The notes under the pieces were generated by a model. The model searched no databases, was not told the origin of the DNA, and saw only the letters and a list, made by a program, of their open reading frames with translations. DNA of 64,000 nucleotides from a virus, in the IMG/VR virus record IMGVR_UViG_3300020406_000804, positions 1 to 64,000 of that record, one strand, 5' to 3'. A program made the position numbers and the translations under genes. Positions 37,701 to 47,800 of the stretch are shown piece after piece. Position 1 is the first letter of the stretch. Each line of letters starts with the position of its first letter.

Positions 37701-40695
37701 TATGCCCTCAGCAATGAAAAAGATCGCACTTGCAGTTTTTATTAGAGCCTGTATGTTAGATTTTATATTAAAATCAGGAATGGCCATATCTGTTTGGTCT
37801 TTGACCCCAGTCGTACAGTCACCAATTATATTCAAGTATTTGATGAATCACGTTTTGGTTGAGCTAAATAGGAATAGGTTATTTAAAAATATTTGGGGAC
37901 AAATTATACAAGAAATAGTACGCTCAAATAACCGAAATCAATCTTTAGAATCTTATCTGCAGAAAGAGCTTTTATCTTTTCCTGATCTTGTTAGGCAAGT
38001 GTTTCTTCCTGGACTAGGAGATAGAGACTACTACAACTGGCACGTCCATGGCATGACGGTCTCTCGACCTAAAAATAGAACTAATAATGCTACAAGATAT
38101 AAATCTGCTCTTAATCTATGGGAGAACAGGGAAGGCGTCTTTAAGAGATTCCCAGTACCATCAAAGGTCTATAGAAACACTGAACAAGTTCCAGAGATAG
38201 GAGGCAAAGCCTATGATGTTGGTTATTGGATGATGGAACCTTATAAAGAATCGGATGATAATTTTTCAAAACTCTCACTAAATGCTACAAAGCTTCAAGA
38301 TGGATCCGCGCCTCAACCGGCAAGAAGAATACTAAATAACGAGTTTATATACGAAGACTACGTTAGGGTGTCTGGGCCGATCACGAAAAAAGCAAATACT
38401 GATGCCGTTAGTCCAATGATGAAATATCGACCACCAGCTCTAAGGTCTGTTGCCTCAACATACGAAAATTTGCCTGTGCTCAACTTTGATGATCCGACCG
38501 TTTTTGAGCCGTGGCACTATAGACATACGGAAGACCAAGGTATGAATTTTAGTGATGAGTTCGACGCCCCAACAGGTAATTTATTAGAGTCTTATTTTAG
38601 AAATCAGCCGGCAGACTCTACTTGGGACGAGGAAAAAAAGCAAAGATTATATGCTGTCATCCGGCCAAGTTATTATTATTATGATTTTGCTTTGTCGATT
38701 ACGGCATATCTTGATTGTTACAGAAATTATATAAGTATTAATAGAGATAATCCAAATCGCCAACCTTTTTCTCAAAATTTGGAAATTGACGCGTTATTGA
38801 ATTTTATTAATGGACAAGGAATAAATTTTCACGGAGTTAATACAGCCGAAAGTTTTGGATTTAATCAAATAGATCCAAACAATATAAATTATAGAGAGCT
38901 TCAAGCCATGCTTGGCGCAGGAATATTAATATACGGCCAACGTGTTCAAATTTATTGCGATTTATTGGGTATTGATCTTTCGACCAAACTGCCTACTGCA
39001 GGCTCGTCTCAATATGGATTTAATTATGAAAATTTATCAAGCGAGGTTAAGCAAGCTGTACTAGAACGTGCACGACCATTTTTAAATAAAAAATACGGCA
39101 ATGAAGATTCCATAATATTTACAAATCCAACGTTTAATTCAATGATATCGTTCTCTGAGCCCGCCACCATTTACCCATGGTATGACGAGCGCTCCGGCCC
39201 CCGAGCAGCGAATTCGCACGTCGACAGTTCACTGACTACTTTTAATCTGCCATTCAACATCGAACGCCGCGCTAAGATGAGCCCATGGGATCCTGATCAA
39301 GATTATTCGGATGCCATCTCGGCATTCGCCGGCCTAAACTTGGGTGTTGAATCTATGACCGATGAAGGTGGCTTTGTGATACCATTAAAAGTGTTCGATG
39401 AACATATGAGTTCCCTAAGAATGCACTATCAGAATAAAGACTCTTTATCTACATTCAATAACCTAGTTGCAAGTTCAAATTTTTATTTAGGGATAAGATT
39501 AGTTCAGTTATTCTTTGACACAAATCCGAATAGTTTTTTTGATGTCTTTTTGGGTTCAAATAACCTCAATAAGGTTGAAACATTATCTAAGGCTGAAAGA
39601 ACATATTTTGTAACTTTTGAGGATGCTAGTCAGAACTATGCGCAATTCGGCCTTGCAATTCCAATTGTTTCATACGAAAAGCCACTGACACTTGATACCT
39701 GTGAGAGCGCTTTTGTGGGATCTCTTTATAGGCCCGGATCAGAAGATTTTGCCTTTATGATGAGACAAATGGAAATAGAATTATCACAAACGCAAGAATA
39801 TAAAGATTTTATGGACACTTTTTTCCCAATTAGAAGATTCATGGCTATAGCGACAGTCCACTCGACATCGGCAATTGCAGGATTTAACGACCTTCCAGGT
39901 TTATTTGATAATGTAAAATCTTTAGCGTCTTTTATTGCTATGACAGCGATGACTCCAGAGTCAGATCGTCTAGGAGATGGCACACTTATGACTGGAATTA
40001 TTGATCAGGTAGACTTTCAAAAGAAGCTGGGAGATGAGTTTCCTGGTGATCCTAATGATCCAAAGTGTTTTGAATTTCCAAATCTTACTAAAGATTTTTG
40101 GGATAACTTTTTCAAAGAGTTGGCAAATTTAGCAAAGTATTTTCCGTCTATATTGTTTAGAGGTTTAGCCAATAATTTAGACCCTGCCTACAAAGAAATG
40201 AGAGCACATTATTTAAATTGCGATATAAATCAACTAAACTGGAGAGGCTTAGGAGTTTCAAGTCCCCCAACTAGGCTAATTAACGGCTTAAACTTAGCCG
40301 GCGGTGATCACAGAACCAGATCTGGTAAGTATAACTCAATACTTTCGCAGCTTCCAATCGACTTGTTTAAATCCTTGCTACCATTTCCTAGTCCTTTTTT
40401 ACTTTCGTGTACAGTTTCTAAAACAATTTCTTATGCTTTTACCGGCTTTTTGCCTTTTATTGATTTATCCATGTACTTTAAGATACCTTGTCTTGATAGG
40501 GACATAAACTGGCTTACAAATGCAAAATATGATTTTGGAGCAAGAGGTAGATATGGGCACCCCGTAAGTCCTTTAACCGCGTTTGCACTATCAACATTAC
40601 AACTTCCAGCCGACATAAACAAGAGAAATGTTAATTGCGAACCAGCAGAATCAATTTTATCCACAGAAAATGAATGTGAAGATATTGAAGAGTAG
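31723..40695 (+). CDS. giant (2990 aa) virion structural protein, baseplate/tail-associated
   Basis: Uninterrupted ORF between the spike-like and gp25-like genes; PG-binding-like N-terminus. Confidence 0.65.
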   Translation: MSYKLSIDFQSNGSINFGPRTPGEIGRDILAIKIALGVILPYDQQGNVVQNFNQNSPLALDNQRWFDCSNGEGTDLLKASTFDVPLQQALGNFQMNNRYLITMYLFEKYGIPDILANGGENFELSKEFDIYNKLVEKNYYKLSSLFDLEFGYLGEATLAVMHGWNPGTQVGIKSYFHSPEVYASSPQAVTLIPKVMYTDLNQGILGPPLEELISSGTITNATLSLNKELFQEYIKTSSDFNNWVRVDDISDLDEGMVRFLYPFEYAVITHPIITEPVAGSNLYQGASTAISSGDIEASAEHVIPGQIRSENVRRFYEPDPFSNPSPFTIDDDRVGYFYETNFFLNPDGRLPSTEEDVIKAIEEEALGQVLSFYRKPKIWNFLLADGPERRALKRVYFPFSQIPAPQHNGSYPNDSNSFSDSRINAVSQISYLKERISLDESEINRMEDVKEPRENYAYPPVSSYDEVNWRAIINSRIRQRKASIAEYEQKISDFLNNRDFNFHVLTTEPILAQLDENQASSWRSIEDGSSAPLIEFKEYRTPSLRPGQAYRAYLVLNRQKLDLIKYGQSQILGDTNAYSSPSTRTQEIPEVCYDHSTDQSLRTYEEYKTYAQKRRREIARELKAEFQRRSVNSDSGGRKVEIDLGSGIGPFDTRGAFSGLAGFNNVESEREYTRKILSGLFEGTSEVFDRLGITDSDVKNFQDVIDTQNFFGGSNAKKNKENAEFNKLFISLEKLEQRIDLVEKDLRKAGEIIAREGIEFEAGSNFDANNEGQQLKRFYTQIKEFITDSINADSALAESWADTGLGASGGYVSETDKVFVQFNFSNVLSQGPAPLGPNNGKAIVAVKIGVDKAGSFEGIFTTDVEMIPNNLNNITRIDRYEALSRPRTVNYIAQIVNMTSPFSGGSYGTSPGAVTKNILTSFLQDTLNICKDLGFDAEKHSAISLVGTFTSGLKIKHSDEEAVFEIFKEWGYTNFTKPATAWAMATRKNAEDSLKDTFDEDKALRAFGKLCTIEQIYEEFLDAIDLPTLLCNYLECIKLPGFSLKLPSLYLPPLPRIPILGWYGALVNFLIDEVVQILTRILCSFVRTIIDKLAFPFCEEQLNDFIAAGSSTGIPLMSQALAEALTNTGITGVRNPGEDNGVQAENTKNFFEDVAQIVTGPELCYLLEGNPLDDAGMEMVRRLAEKNNLGDQLVSNESMANFFGVLGAYVPLELCNQLSAVQQPLGAVCEDIADELRSIRNRMQTGDRSLSEEEVEKVLDIAKKNLEDQKKSLQALSGSDLNSLLPASLNPTEENIINTNLPLQMRKQLKMGVEGIFTPTKLAYMRSLSSFVPGMSTIQPSILRPGDPDFDDISALRLESALEQLNNFASAVERSKISKMFETSNINEAIGKYLPARNPLMAPPKFGPRQIVELFKVFETERVPIRGGATDSSGKNYHLVFKKYSPSVVQGIFDQSFGDGRNAPLVMTTAHARHREVSHQKFMEIMSPDPIKDNSENANQALLVGIPEGVSESQNSYGHSLFYHATGQVAEVHKIFMNKPLRLINRIPHGPQVRIDGWSAEEALPSDSLNRASPAPPRDALRVSAVARMMPDIIMWDYEENTFPVLSEDSFYFDDFDAVNDQALSTDLLTQTQGIVDKLLLDSAGLGLITLPIGPKQSSNNPRQRDYSYEAVEERFNQFLEGNQKLLEIARERIQHLSGVISEQIEKLPTVNLEQYLPLIDNVFQKITNLDSRLIGDINYSNVKTNSNSPSANWKKMEPLDYLNINFRAGTYTPSVKMVEIASDQKNLDTYNIVIDQDFFLRQPSKTNDPYRGDSEISNESAFSLNGPDTDTRKIFRFCETLPNRLVSKNVPNSPGIIGGKQFSKREAYAQWMISNIVDVQNFSCVFTTGAREYLKTYAFKSATEHTMREVIKNIQHSSFFNRDYATGLHDRLSAKSYTIPGTRCRKNRYGLTENSVMTFQKVLLKDSVSMIENEMRKPKFSPFNRSFGTPGPMPSAMKKIALAVFIRACMLDFILKSGMAISVWSLTPVVQSPIIFKYLMNHVLVELNRNRLFKNIWGQIIQEIVRSNNRNQSLESYLQKELLSFPDLVRQVFLPGLGDRDYYNWHVHGMTVSRPKNRTNNATRYKSALNLWENREGVFKRFPVPSKVYRNTEQVPEIGGKAYDVGYWMMEPYKESDDNFSKLSLNATKLQDGSAPQPARRILNNEFIYEDYVRVSGPITKKANTDAVSPMMKYRPPALRSVASTYENLPVLNFDDPTVFEPWHYRHTEDQGMNFSDEFDAPTGNLLESYFRNQPADSTWDEEKKQRLYAVIRPSYYYYDFALSITAYLDCYRNYISINRDNPNRQPFSQNLEIDALLNFINGQGINFHGVNTAESFGFNQIDPNNINYRELQAMLGAGILIYGQRVQIYCDLLGIDLSTKLPTAGSSQYGFNYENLSSEVKQAVLERARPFLNKKYGNEDSIIFTNPTFNSMISFSEPATIYPWYDERSGPRAANSHVDSSLTTFNLPFNIERRAKMSPWDPDQDYSDAISAFAGLNLGVESMTDEGGFVIPLKVFDEHMSSLRMHYQNKDSLSTFNNLVASSNFYLGIRLVQLFFDTNPNSFFDVFLGSNNLNKVETLSKAERTYFVTFEDASQNYAQFGLAIPIVSYEKPLTLDTCESAFVGSLYRPGSEDFAFMMRQMEIELSQTQEYKDFMDTFFPIRRFMAIATVHSTSAIAGFNDLPGLFDNVKSLASFIAMTAMTPESDRLGDGTLMTGIIDQVDFQKKLGDEFPGDPNDPKCFEFPNLTKDFWDNFFKELANLAKYFPSILFRGLANNLDPAYKEMRAHYLNCDINQLNWRGLGVSSPPTRLINGLNLAGGDHRTRSGKYNSILSQLPIDLFKSLLPFPSPFLLSCTVSKTISYAFTGFLPFIDLSMYFKIPCLDRDINWLTNAKYDFGARGRYGHPVSPLTAFALSTLQLPADINKRNVNCEPAESILSTENECEDIEE

Positions 40696-40722
40696 TCTAT
40701 TTAATAGAGGTGAGGTAAAGTT

Positions 40723-41247
40723 ATGTCATATATAAATATTTTATCAAAAATTTCAAATAGTGTAACCACCCGGTCTCGGCCCATGCAGCCAAAGTATCCA
40801 CTAAAGCAGGATTCAAGGTTTGGCTTTTACGGTGCAATAACCAGCACCGAAGAGTCCTTAAATCAAGACTTTAAATTTTTGCTATTAACTGAGCCTGGAT
40901 CTTGGCCAATGAATCCTGACTTGGGGATTGGTTTAAAAAAATATTTATTTGAAAACTACTCATCAGAATCTTTATCAAATATAGGGTCAATAATACAAAA
41001 TCAACTGACAGCTTTTTTGCCAAGAGTGAGATTGATCTCAGCTGAATTTAACGCGTCATCGGAGCAGAAAGAGCAAAATTCTCTCATTTTGAAGATAAGG
41101 TACTTAATTTCGGGAACTACGGAAGTAAATTCAGAGATACAATTAGATGAGAATGGCTATTTAAATATAGGAAAAGAAAGATTTAACAAAGTTTCTTCTA
41201 ATTTTGGTGAATCGCTTGGGCTACAAAGTAAAGAAACCCGAATATAG
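40723..41247 (+). CDS. baseplate wedge protein, gp25/GpW-like
   Basis: LNQDFKFLLLTEPGSWPMNPDLGIGLKKYLFE..FLPRV. Confidence 0.85.
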   Translation: MSYINILSKISNSVTTRSRPMQPKYPLKQDSRFGFYGAITSTEESLNQDFKFLLLTEPGSWPMNPDLGIGLKKYLFENYSSESLSNIGSIIQNQLTAFLPRVRLISAEFNASSEQKEQNSLILKIRYLISGTTEVNSEIQLDENGYLNIGKERFNKVSSNFGESLGLQSKETRI

Positions 41248-41258
41248 GATTTTAAAAA

Positions 41259-43061
41259 ATGAGTAATAAAAAAAGAGGAATTTCAAATACTAATTTTACT
41301 GAATCAACTTTTGATGAAATAAAAGAAAAATTAGTTAATCGAGCAAAAAATTATTATCCCGATACATATCAAGACTTTAATAAGACTAGTTTTGGTTCCT
41401 TAATGATGGACACTGTAGCGATGATAGGGGAGCAACTTAATTTTTATAGTCAATTTGTCGCAAATGAAAATTTTTTAGAAACATCTAGGACAGCACAAGG
41501 AATTACCTCAGCTGCTAGAAATAACGGAATAGAAATATTTAATAAATACACAAGCGTTGGACACTTAAAAGTGTTTTCAAGAATACCAGCAAAAAGTATA
41601 CTTTCTGCACCAGATGAATCTTATAGGCACACTATTTTAAAAGGGATGATAGTGACAAGTGACTCTGGTGCTCAATATACTACAACTGAAGATGTTATAA
41701 TCGACGTTTCCTCCCGAAATCATATGGGAACAGAATTTTCAGACGATGGAAGCAGAGTAACTTATTATGTCTACGAAACAGAGGTTCCAGTTGTTTCCGG
41801 TGAAAATAGAACTATAACTGTTGATGTTGGTTCATATCAGAAGTTTTTAAAAATAGAAATAAAAGATACCACAATCACTGAAATAATTAGTGTTGTAGAT
41901 AGTAATCAAAATGAATATTTTGAAGTACAAAATCTTAGCCAAGACACAATATATAGAGAAATTTCAGATAGAGTCACTAACAATCCTAATACAGTGTCAA
42001 GAATGGTTCCAGTTCATGCCCCCAGGAGATTTACCGTTCAGCATGTTGGTGAAAAAACATTTTTGGTTTTTGGTTTCGGATCAGAAAATAATTTAAAAGT
42101 TAAACCTATAGCAGATCCTTCAAATTTGGCTATCCAAGTTGATGGAAGGGAATACGTTAGCGATAATACATTTGACCCTTCAAAGATTACGAGTACTGAT
42201 AAGTTTGGAATATCCCCAATAAACACAACGCTTACGATAACATATAGATCTAGCACAGCAGAGAATTCAAATGCATCCGCGCGCTCTTTAACAAATATAA
42301 TATCTTCAGAATTTTTATTTAATGAGGAGGTTGGACTGGATTCCTCCGTTGTACAATACATAAAAAATTCTTTAACCTGCGAGAATCAAGAGCCAATTAA
42401 TGGTTCACTGACATTTTCTTCAACGCAAGAAGTTGTAGAAACAATAAAGGCTGCCCGCGGCTTTCGGGGCAGAGCTGTTACAATAGAAGATTATGTTGCT
42501 GCATGTTATGCTATGCCTTCAAAGTTCGGCTCCATAAAGAGAGCAGCAATATACAGAGACAAAAATGATTTTAAAAGAAATTTGAACCTTTATATTGTCT
42601 CTCAAGATAGTGCCGGCTTTCTTCAGACTCCAAGCACTGCATTAAAAAATAATTTAAAAAAATGGCTAAATAGTGTCCGTATGGTTACCGATACTATTGA
42701 TGTGTTTAGTGCAAAAATATTAAATTTAGGAATCTTTTTTGATGTTACCTTAGGCCAAAAAGCCGATCAGCTAACGATTCTTTCTCAAATTAGAAAAGAA
42801 GTTTACGAAGAATTGAATTTAAGCGCACCACAGATTGGTCAACATTTTTCAATTGGAGAAATTGAAAGGGCCTTAACATCTATTTCTTCTATAGACAGGG
42901 TGAACTCCATTTCAATTGTCAACAGATCGGGCGCAGATTATTCAAGCATTCAATATGATATTACATCTAATTTATCACCAGACGGCGGCATGCTTTATCT
43001 TCCAGAAAACTTTATTTATGAAATAAAAAAGGAAACTGATATTACGGGGATTATTCAATAA
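41259..43061 (+). CDS. baseplate wedge protein, T4 gp6/baseplate-J-like
   Basis: FDEIKEKLV..YYPDTYQDF..G.LMMD.VA.IGEQLNFY, NENFLETS, RAVTIEDY, MPSKFGSI. Confidence 0.85.
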   Translation: MSNKKRGISNTNFTESTFDEIKEKLVNRAKNYYPDTYQDFNKTSFGSLMMDTVAMIGEQLNFYSQFVANENFLETSRTAQGITSAARNNGIEIFNKYTSVGHLKVFSRIPAKSILSAPDESYRHTILKGMIVTSDSGAQYTTTEDVIIDVSSRNHMGTEFSDDGSRVTYYVYETEVPVVSGENRTITVDVGSYQKFLKIEIKDTTITEIISVVDSNQNEYFEVQNLSQDTIYREISDRVTNNPNTVSRMVPVHAPRRFTVQHVGEKTFLVFGFGSENNLKVKPIADPSNLAIQVDGREYVSDNTFDPSKITSTDKFGISPINTTLTITYRSSTAENSNASARSLTNIISSEFLFNEEVGLDSSVVQYIKNSLTCENQEPINGSLTFSSTQEVVETIKAARGFRGRAVTIEDYVAACYAMPSKFGSIKRAAIYRDKNDFKRNLNLYIVSQDSAGFLQTPSTALKNNLKKWLNSVRMVTDTIDVFSAKILNLGIFFDVTLGQKADQLTILSQIRKEVYEELNLSAPQIGQHFSIGEIERALTSISSIDRVNSISIVNRSGADYSSIQYDITSNLSPDGGMLYLPENFIYEIKKETDITGIIQ

Positions 43062-44887
43062 TGGCTATTGTAAAATTTTTTGCTTCGAAAGACAATACCA
43101 TAACAAATGCATTTCTACCAGGCTTGAGAAGACGCGCTACAAGTTCAAACCAGGGGGCATCTGATATTATAGAGTTGCATTCTATCTATGGACAGTCAAC
43201 CACTTCTTCCGTTGAGAAAACTAGGTTTTTGATACATTTCCCCACCAGTGACGTTCTTCAGTCTAGAACTGCTAATAATATTCCAGCATCTGGTTCTGTA
43301 GAATTTTTCTTGAGATTATTTAATGCTCGTCACAATACAACAACCCCAGAAGATTTTTCAGTATCAGTGACCCCATTACTGCAACCCTGGACAGAAGGCA
43401 TTGGTTTGGATATGGAGACTTATTCTGACCTAGGTGCTTCAAACTGGCTTTCGTGCAGTAAAAATCTACCTTGGTCACACGAGGGTGGCACAGATTCTGA
43501 GTCTGTAAGGCCTAATCTGACTTCTGGATTGAAAGTTCACTCTTACTCACAATCATTAGCTTCCGGTCTAGAAGATTTAGAAATAGACCTTTCAGAATTA
43601 ACTGAATTATGGCTAGAGCACGAATCAGGCGCTTCTATAGCTTCAACTAGTAGCCTAACGCTAACAGGCGTACCTAGCAACGAAGAAAAATTCAAACTAC
43701 TCAGCACCAGCGGAGAATCGTTGGAGATTATATTTTCAACATCCTCCGCCACCACAGGGAGTACATCTTATGTTGAGAGGGCCGCTGGAAATATAACTAG
43801 CACAAGAAACAATCTTGTCACATCAATAAACAACTCCAGCTTGTTTTCGGCCGAGGCAGTGTCGACTAATGCCTTGAAAGTGACCCAAGCGGTAAAAGGG
43901 CATTATGGAAACACTAAAATTTCTTCTAGTGCCGGCATTCCAATTACAATTGTTGATTTCAACGCTGGTTCGGGAATAGTCAACAACGGTGTTCTAGTAA
44001 AGCTTAGCGGATCCGCAGAGTCTGGAGATACACAGGTATCTTATTATACAAAAAAGTTTTTTGCAAGAAACAGCCAGTTCTTCTTTAAAAAGCCAGTTAT
44101 AGAAGCAAGGTCTGCTTTATTAGTAAATGATGACCGCGGCGCCGTATTCAGATCCAGTTCTGTTGCACCGGCTGCTGATAATTTAAACAAAATCTATTTA
44201 TATAACAACATCAACGGGGTCTATAGAGACCTGCCAACTACTGGCTCTGCTCTTTTGGTTAGATTCGTTCCAGATATAGCGCAAACACCAGTTTCCATGT
44301 CTGGAGGGTCGTTGGACGCATCAAAAACTTTTGTGACAGCTAGCAGGCATTCTACGGGAATTTATGAAGTGGAGTTTGCATACAATGGGGCCGAAAATAA
44401 ATTGAGAGATGTATGGCAGTATCAAAACTCAGGACAATACATTGAGCTTGTAACAGGATCATCATTTAATATCAATAATTTTCCGTTATATAATTCTGAT
44501 AGTAATTCTGAATATGTCTTCAATATAACAAATTTAAAATCAATTTACACTCAGGATGAAGATGCAAAATTTAGAGTTCATACAAAAAAGAAAAATAGTG
44601 AATTAAACGTATACACTGTCGCAACTGGAAATTCAAAAGTTACAAATATTAAAGATGTTTTTTACAAAATAACACGAACAGCAGATGATGTAACAGTTAT
44701 TAACTATTCAACCGGCAGTGGTGCAAAGTATAGTAAGTTGTCTTACGATATAAGTGGTTCGTATTTTGACTTTGATATGTCTATATTGGAGCCAAACTAC
44801 CAATATGAAATATGCTTCTTGAGGCAAGAGGATACAAGATATATACAGCAAAAAGAAAAATTTAGGTTTAGAGTAGAAAAGTATTAA
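43061..44887 (+). CDS. virion structural protein (baseplate/tail)
   Basis: ASKDNTITN, WTEGIG, YYTKKFFAR, LSYDISGSYFDFDMSILEP; context. Confidence 0.65.
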   Translation: MAIVKFFASKDNTITNAFLPGLRRRATSSNQGASDIIELHSIYGQSTTSSVEKTRFLIHFPTSDVLQSRTANNIPASGSVEFFLRLFNARHNTTTPEDFSVSVTPLLQPWTEGIGLDMETYSDLGASNWLSCSKNLPWSHEGGTDSESVRPNLTSGLKVHSYSQSLASGLEDLEIDLSELTELWLEHESGASIASTSSLTLTGVPSNEEKFKLLSTSGESLEIIFSTSSATTGSTSYVERAAGNITSTRNNLVTSINNSSLFSAEAVSTNALKVTQAVKGHYGNTKISSSAGIPITIVDFNAGSGIVNNGVLVKLSGSAESGDTQVSYYTKKFFARNSQFFFKKPVIEARSALLVNDDRGAVFRSSSVAPAADNLNKIYLYNNINGVYRDLPTTGSALLVRFVPDIAQTPVSMSGGSLDASKTFVTASRHSTGIYEVEFAYNGAENKLRDVWQYQNSGQYIELVTGSSFNINNFPLYNSDSNSEYVFNITNLKSIYTQDEDAKFRVHTKKKNSELNVYTVATGNSKVTNIKDVFYKITRTADDVTVINYSTGSGAKYSKLSYDISGSYFDFDMSILEPNYQYEICFLRQEDTRYIQQKEKFRFRVEKY

Positions 44888-44890
44888 AAA

Positions 44891-47800
44891 ATGACAGATT
44901 TTAATTTAAAAAACCCTACGGATATTAATAAAAATAAATCTTTTACGAAGAAGGATAACATACATCTTGTAAGCGAGAGAAACGAATTAGCATCAAAAAA
45001 GTTAGATAGTGATAAGATTTTACAAATTTACTCAGAATACGCTAACACGTTCAAGCCTCCAATTCAGCCACTAGAGCCATCGACTTTTTCAAATTATGGA
45101 AAAGCCTCTCAATACTATGAAGATAGTATATATTCAATAATAAACTATTATCCTTTTGATGGTACCATGGAGGAAAATATTGCTTGGTTTATTTCTTCTT
45201 CGCATTTAGAGACATCCTTATTTCAGCAAGAATGGCCAACATCAGTGGGACATCTAAATTTTGATCATAGTCAATATCTTTCTTTCTACTCAGGCCCCCA
45301 AGCAATACAAGAATCAGAGTTTATTGGCCAGGCCAGAAATAATGAATCTGGATTGAAACTGGATCCCGATAAGGGAAACACAATAGAATTTTGGTTAAGA
45401 AAAGAAGCATTCGACGCGTCAAAACAAGATAGAGAAATATTGTTTGAAATTGGTTCATACCCCAATAAGCTGCCATCTTCAGCTAGTTCCACCTTGCAAG
45501 TTTATCTAACAACTTCGGCTGGAAACTGCTTTCGAATGAATTACAACTCAGGCTCTACATCTGTAAGTGACTTAGCAATAGGACCTTCCACCATGTCCTC
45601 CTCAGTTGTAGCAGATTCAAAGTGGCACCATTACGTTTTATCAATTTTTCAAAACGATAAAATCTTAAATGTCAAAATGTACAAGGACGGCCAAGCTCTA
45701 AACACAGTAACCAACACTTTGTCAACTGCCATGGGTCCCATTGATTCTTACATGGCAGGAACCATAGGGTCTTCGCTGTTAGCACAATCAGGCTCCCTCT
45801 CAGGATCTGTGGATTCGTTTAGATTCTGGAAGGGCTTAAGAAATTCAAGAGAAATAGAAAGATACTATGACAAAAAAGTGCATGCGAGTGATCACACTGA
45901 AAAAGACTACACTAATCGCCTTGGAGCCAGCTTTAGGTTCAATCAGCCAACAATAGGATCATCAACAGTAGATAGTTTGGTTCTCGATCATTCTGGCAAT
46001 GACATAACAGCGCGAATAAAAAATTATACGACCTCTACCAGAGTTGCAACTTCGGCTATAGATTTAAGTGATTCTGCTAATACCGAAATAAAAGATCCAA
46101 TCTTAAAAGAAGCCCACAGTTCAGTGGAATCGTTACGACAAAGATTAGCAAAAATTGCCAAGTCTTATGATCTAGAAAATTTAAATAGTTTAGAAAGGAT
46201 TTTGCCCTCCTGGGCCAGAAGCTCACTGTATGGCTTTGAGGACACTAAAGAGCTAGATCTGTTGTTGCATTTGATGGCAACTGTTTTTGATTCTGTAAAA
46301 ATAAATCTTGATGCACTAAGGCTTAACACAAGACCAGAATACGCTGATTCTAGAAATCCTTTATATGAAACTTCGCAATCAAGTAATATTAGCTCCTCTT
46401 TGGAGAAGCCTGCCGATCTAGATTACGACATAGTCAATAATCAATTTTCTCAAAATAAAATTGATTTTATGGCAAGAGTGATAGAAAATTACGGAATAGA
46501 GTTAAATAATTATTATCCCCTTTGGCACTCAGAAATAGAAGAGGTTGTGGAATCAATAGTTGGAAACATTAGATTAGAGAGAAGTATTTATGAAACACAA
46601 AATTTAATATATGATTGTTTAGCCAATGCAAGTGCTTATGTCCTCAGGAGGAAAGGGACTGAATCATCATTTAGATCAATATTGAATGCAGCAGGTCTCG
46701 GCAAGGATTTAATATCCACTAATATTATTGGTAAATATTCAAATATTTATTTGAATGACAGTAAATTTGACCTGGTCACTAGAAAGAAAAAAAGCATAAG
46801 CTTTATAGATAACGAAGAGGCGAATATTCACCTAACCTCGTTAAATTCAAATCAAAGAAGCTATATAGCTGCTGATACAAACGAGACTGAGTACACATTC
46901 GAGGGAAATTTTATTTTTCCCAAAAAAAAGAAAACATTTCACAACGTACAGGATTCAAGCGTTTTCGGAGTTCAATCAGTTTCAGCAATAAATAATAATT
47001 TAACTTTTGCAAGCCCAAATAATGCATCATTTGAAATTGTAGTATCTAAAGAATCTCTTTTATCTAATACCGCAAAATTCAAATTAATGTCTTCTAATGT
47101 TGAGTTAGCCGGTATGACAAGTAGCTATTATAATGATATTTATGATTCTAGTGTTTGGAACCTAGCATTAAAGATTACAAAAGATGTGGACAACAGTTTT
47201 ATCCCCGTATCTTCTCCAAGCTATCTTGTTGAGTTTGTGGGAAAGAATTACATCTCAGATGAGTTAAGAAACTCCTTCCACCTAAGCAAGAGTTTAACAA
47301 ATACAGAATATACAAATTTTAAAAATGCCAATAAAACAGTTTTTATTGGCGCAAACAGGACAAACATTACCGGCTCTGTAATTATAAAATCTGATATCAA
47401 GGTGTTGGATTTTAACGGCTGGGGAACGTCACTTTCAGATGAAGAGCTATCCCATAGGGCTAAAACTTTAACAACTTTTGGCACTAATAGGCCATTTCTA
47501 TTTGAAAATTTAAATAATGCCGAAAACATTCCAATATCAGATAGGTTGTATTTAAAGATGCAAACAGATAACTTAACATCGATTCCAGAAGATAATAGCT
47601 TGATAATACAGGACGAGATCTTTGGAGATCAAGAAAAAAGAGACTTTTTCTCTCATCTAGATCCAAAAGCCGGCTTTAGTTATCCTTTTACTACATTTAA
47701 TTTTACAAATAATCTTGATAATTCTATATCTTTAGAGTTTTTAAGTGCTGTTGAGAATATCCCGATAGGGAATATTCATGGTACCGATGGGATAGAAATA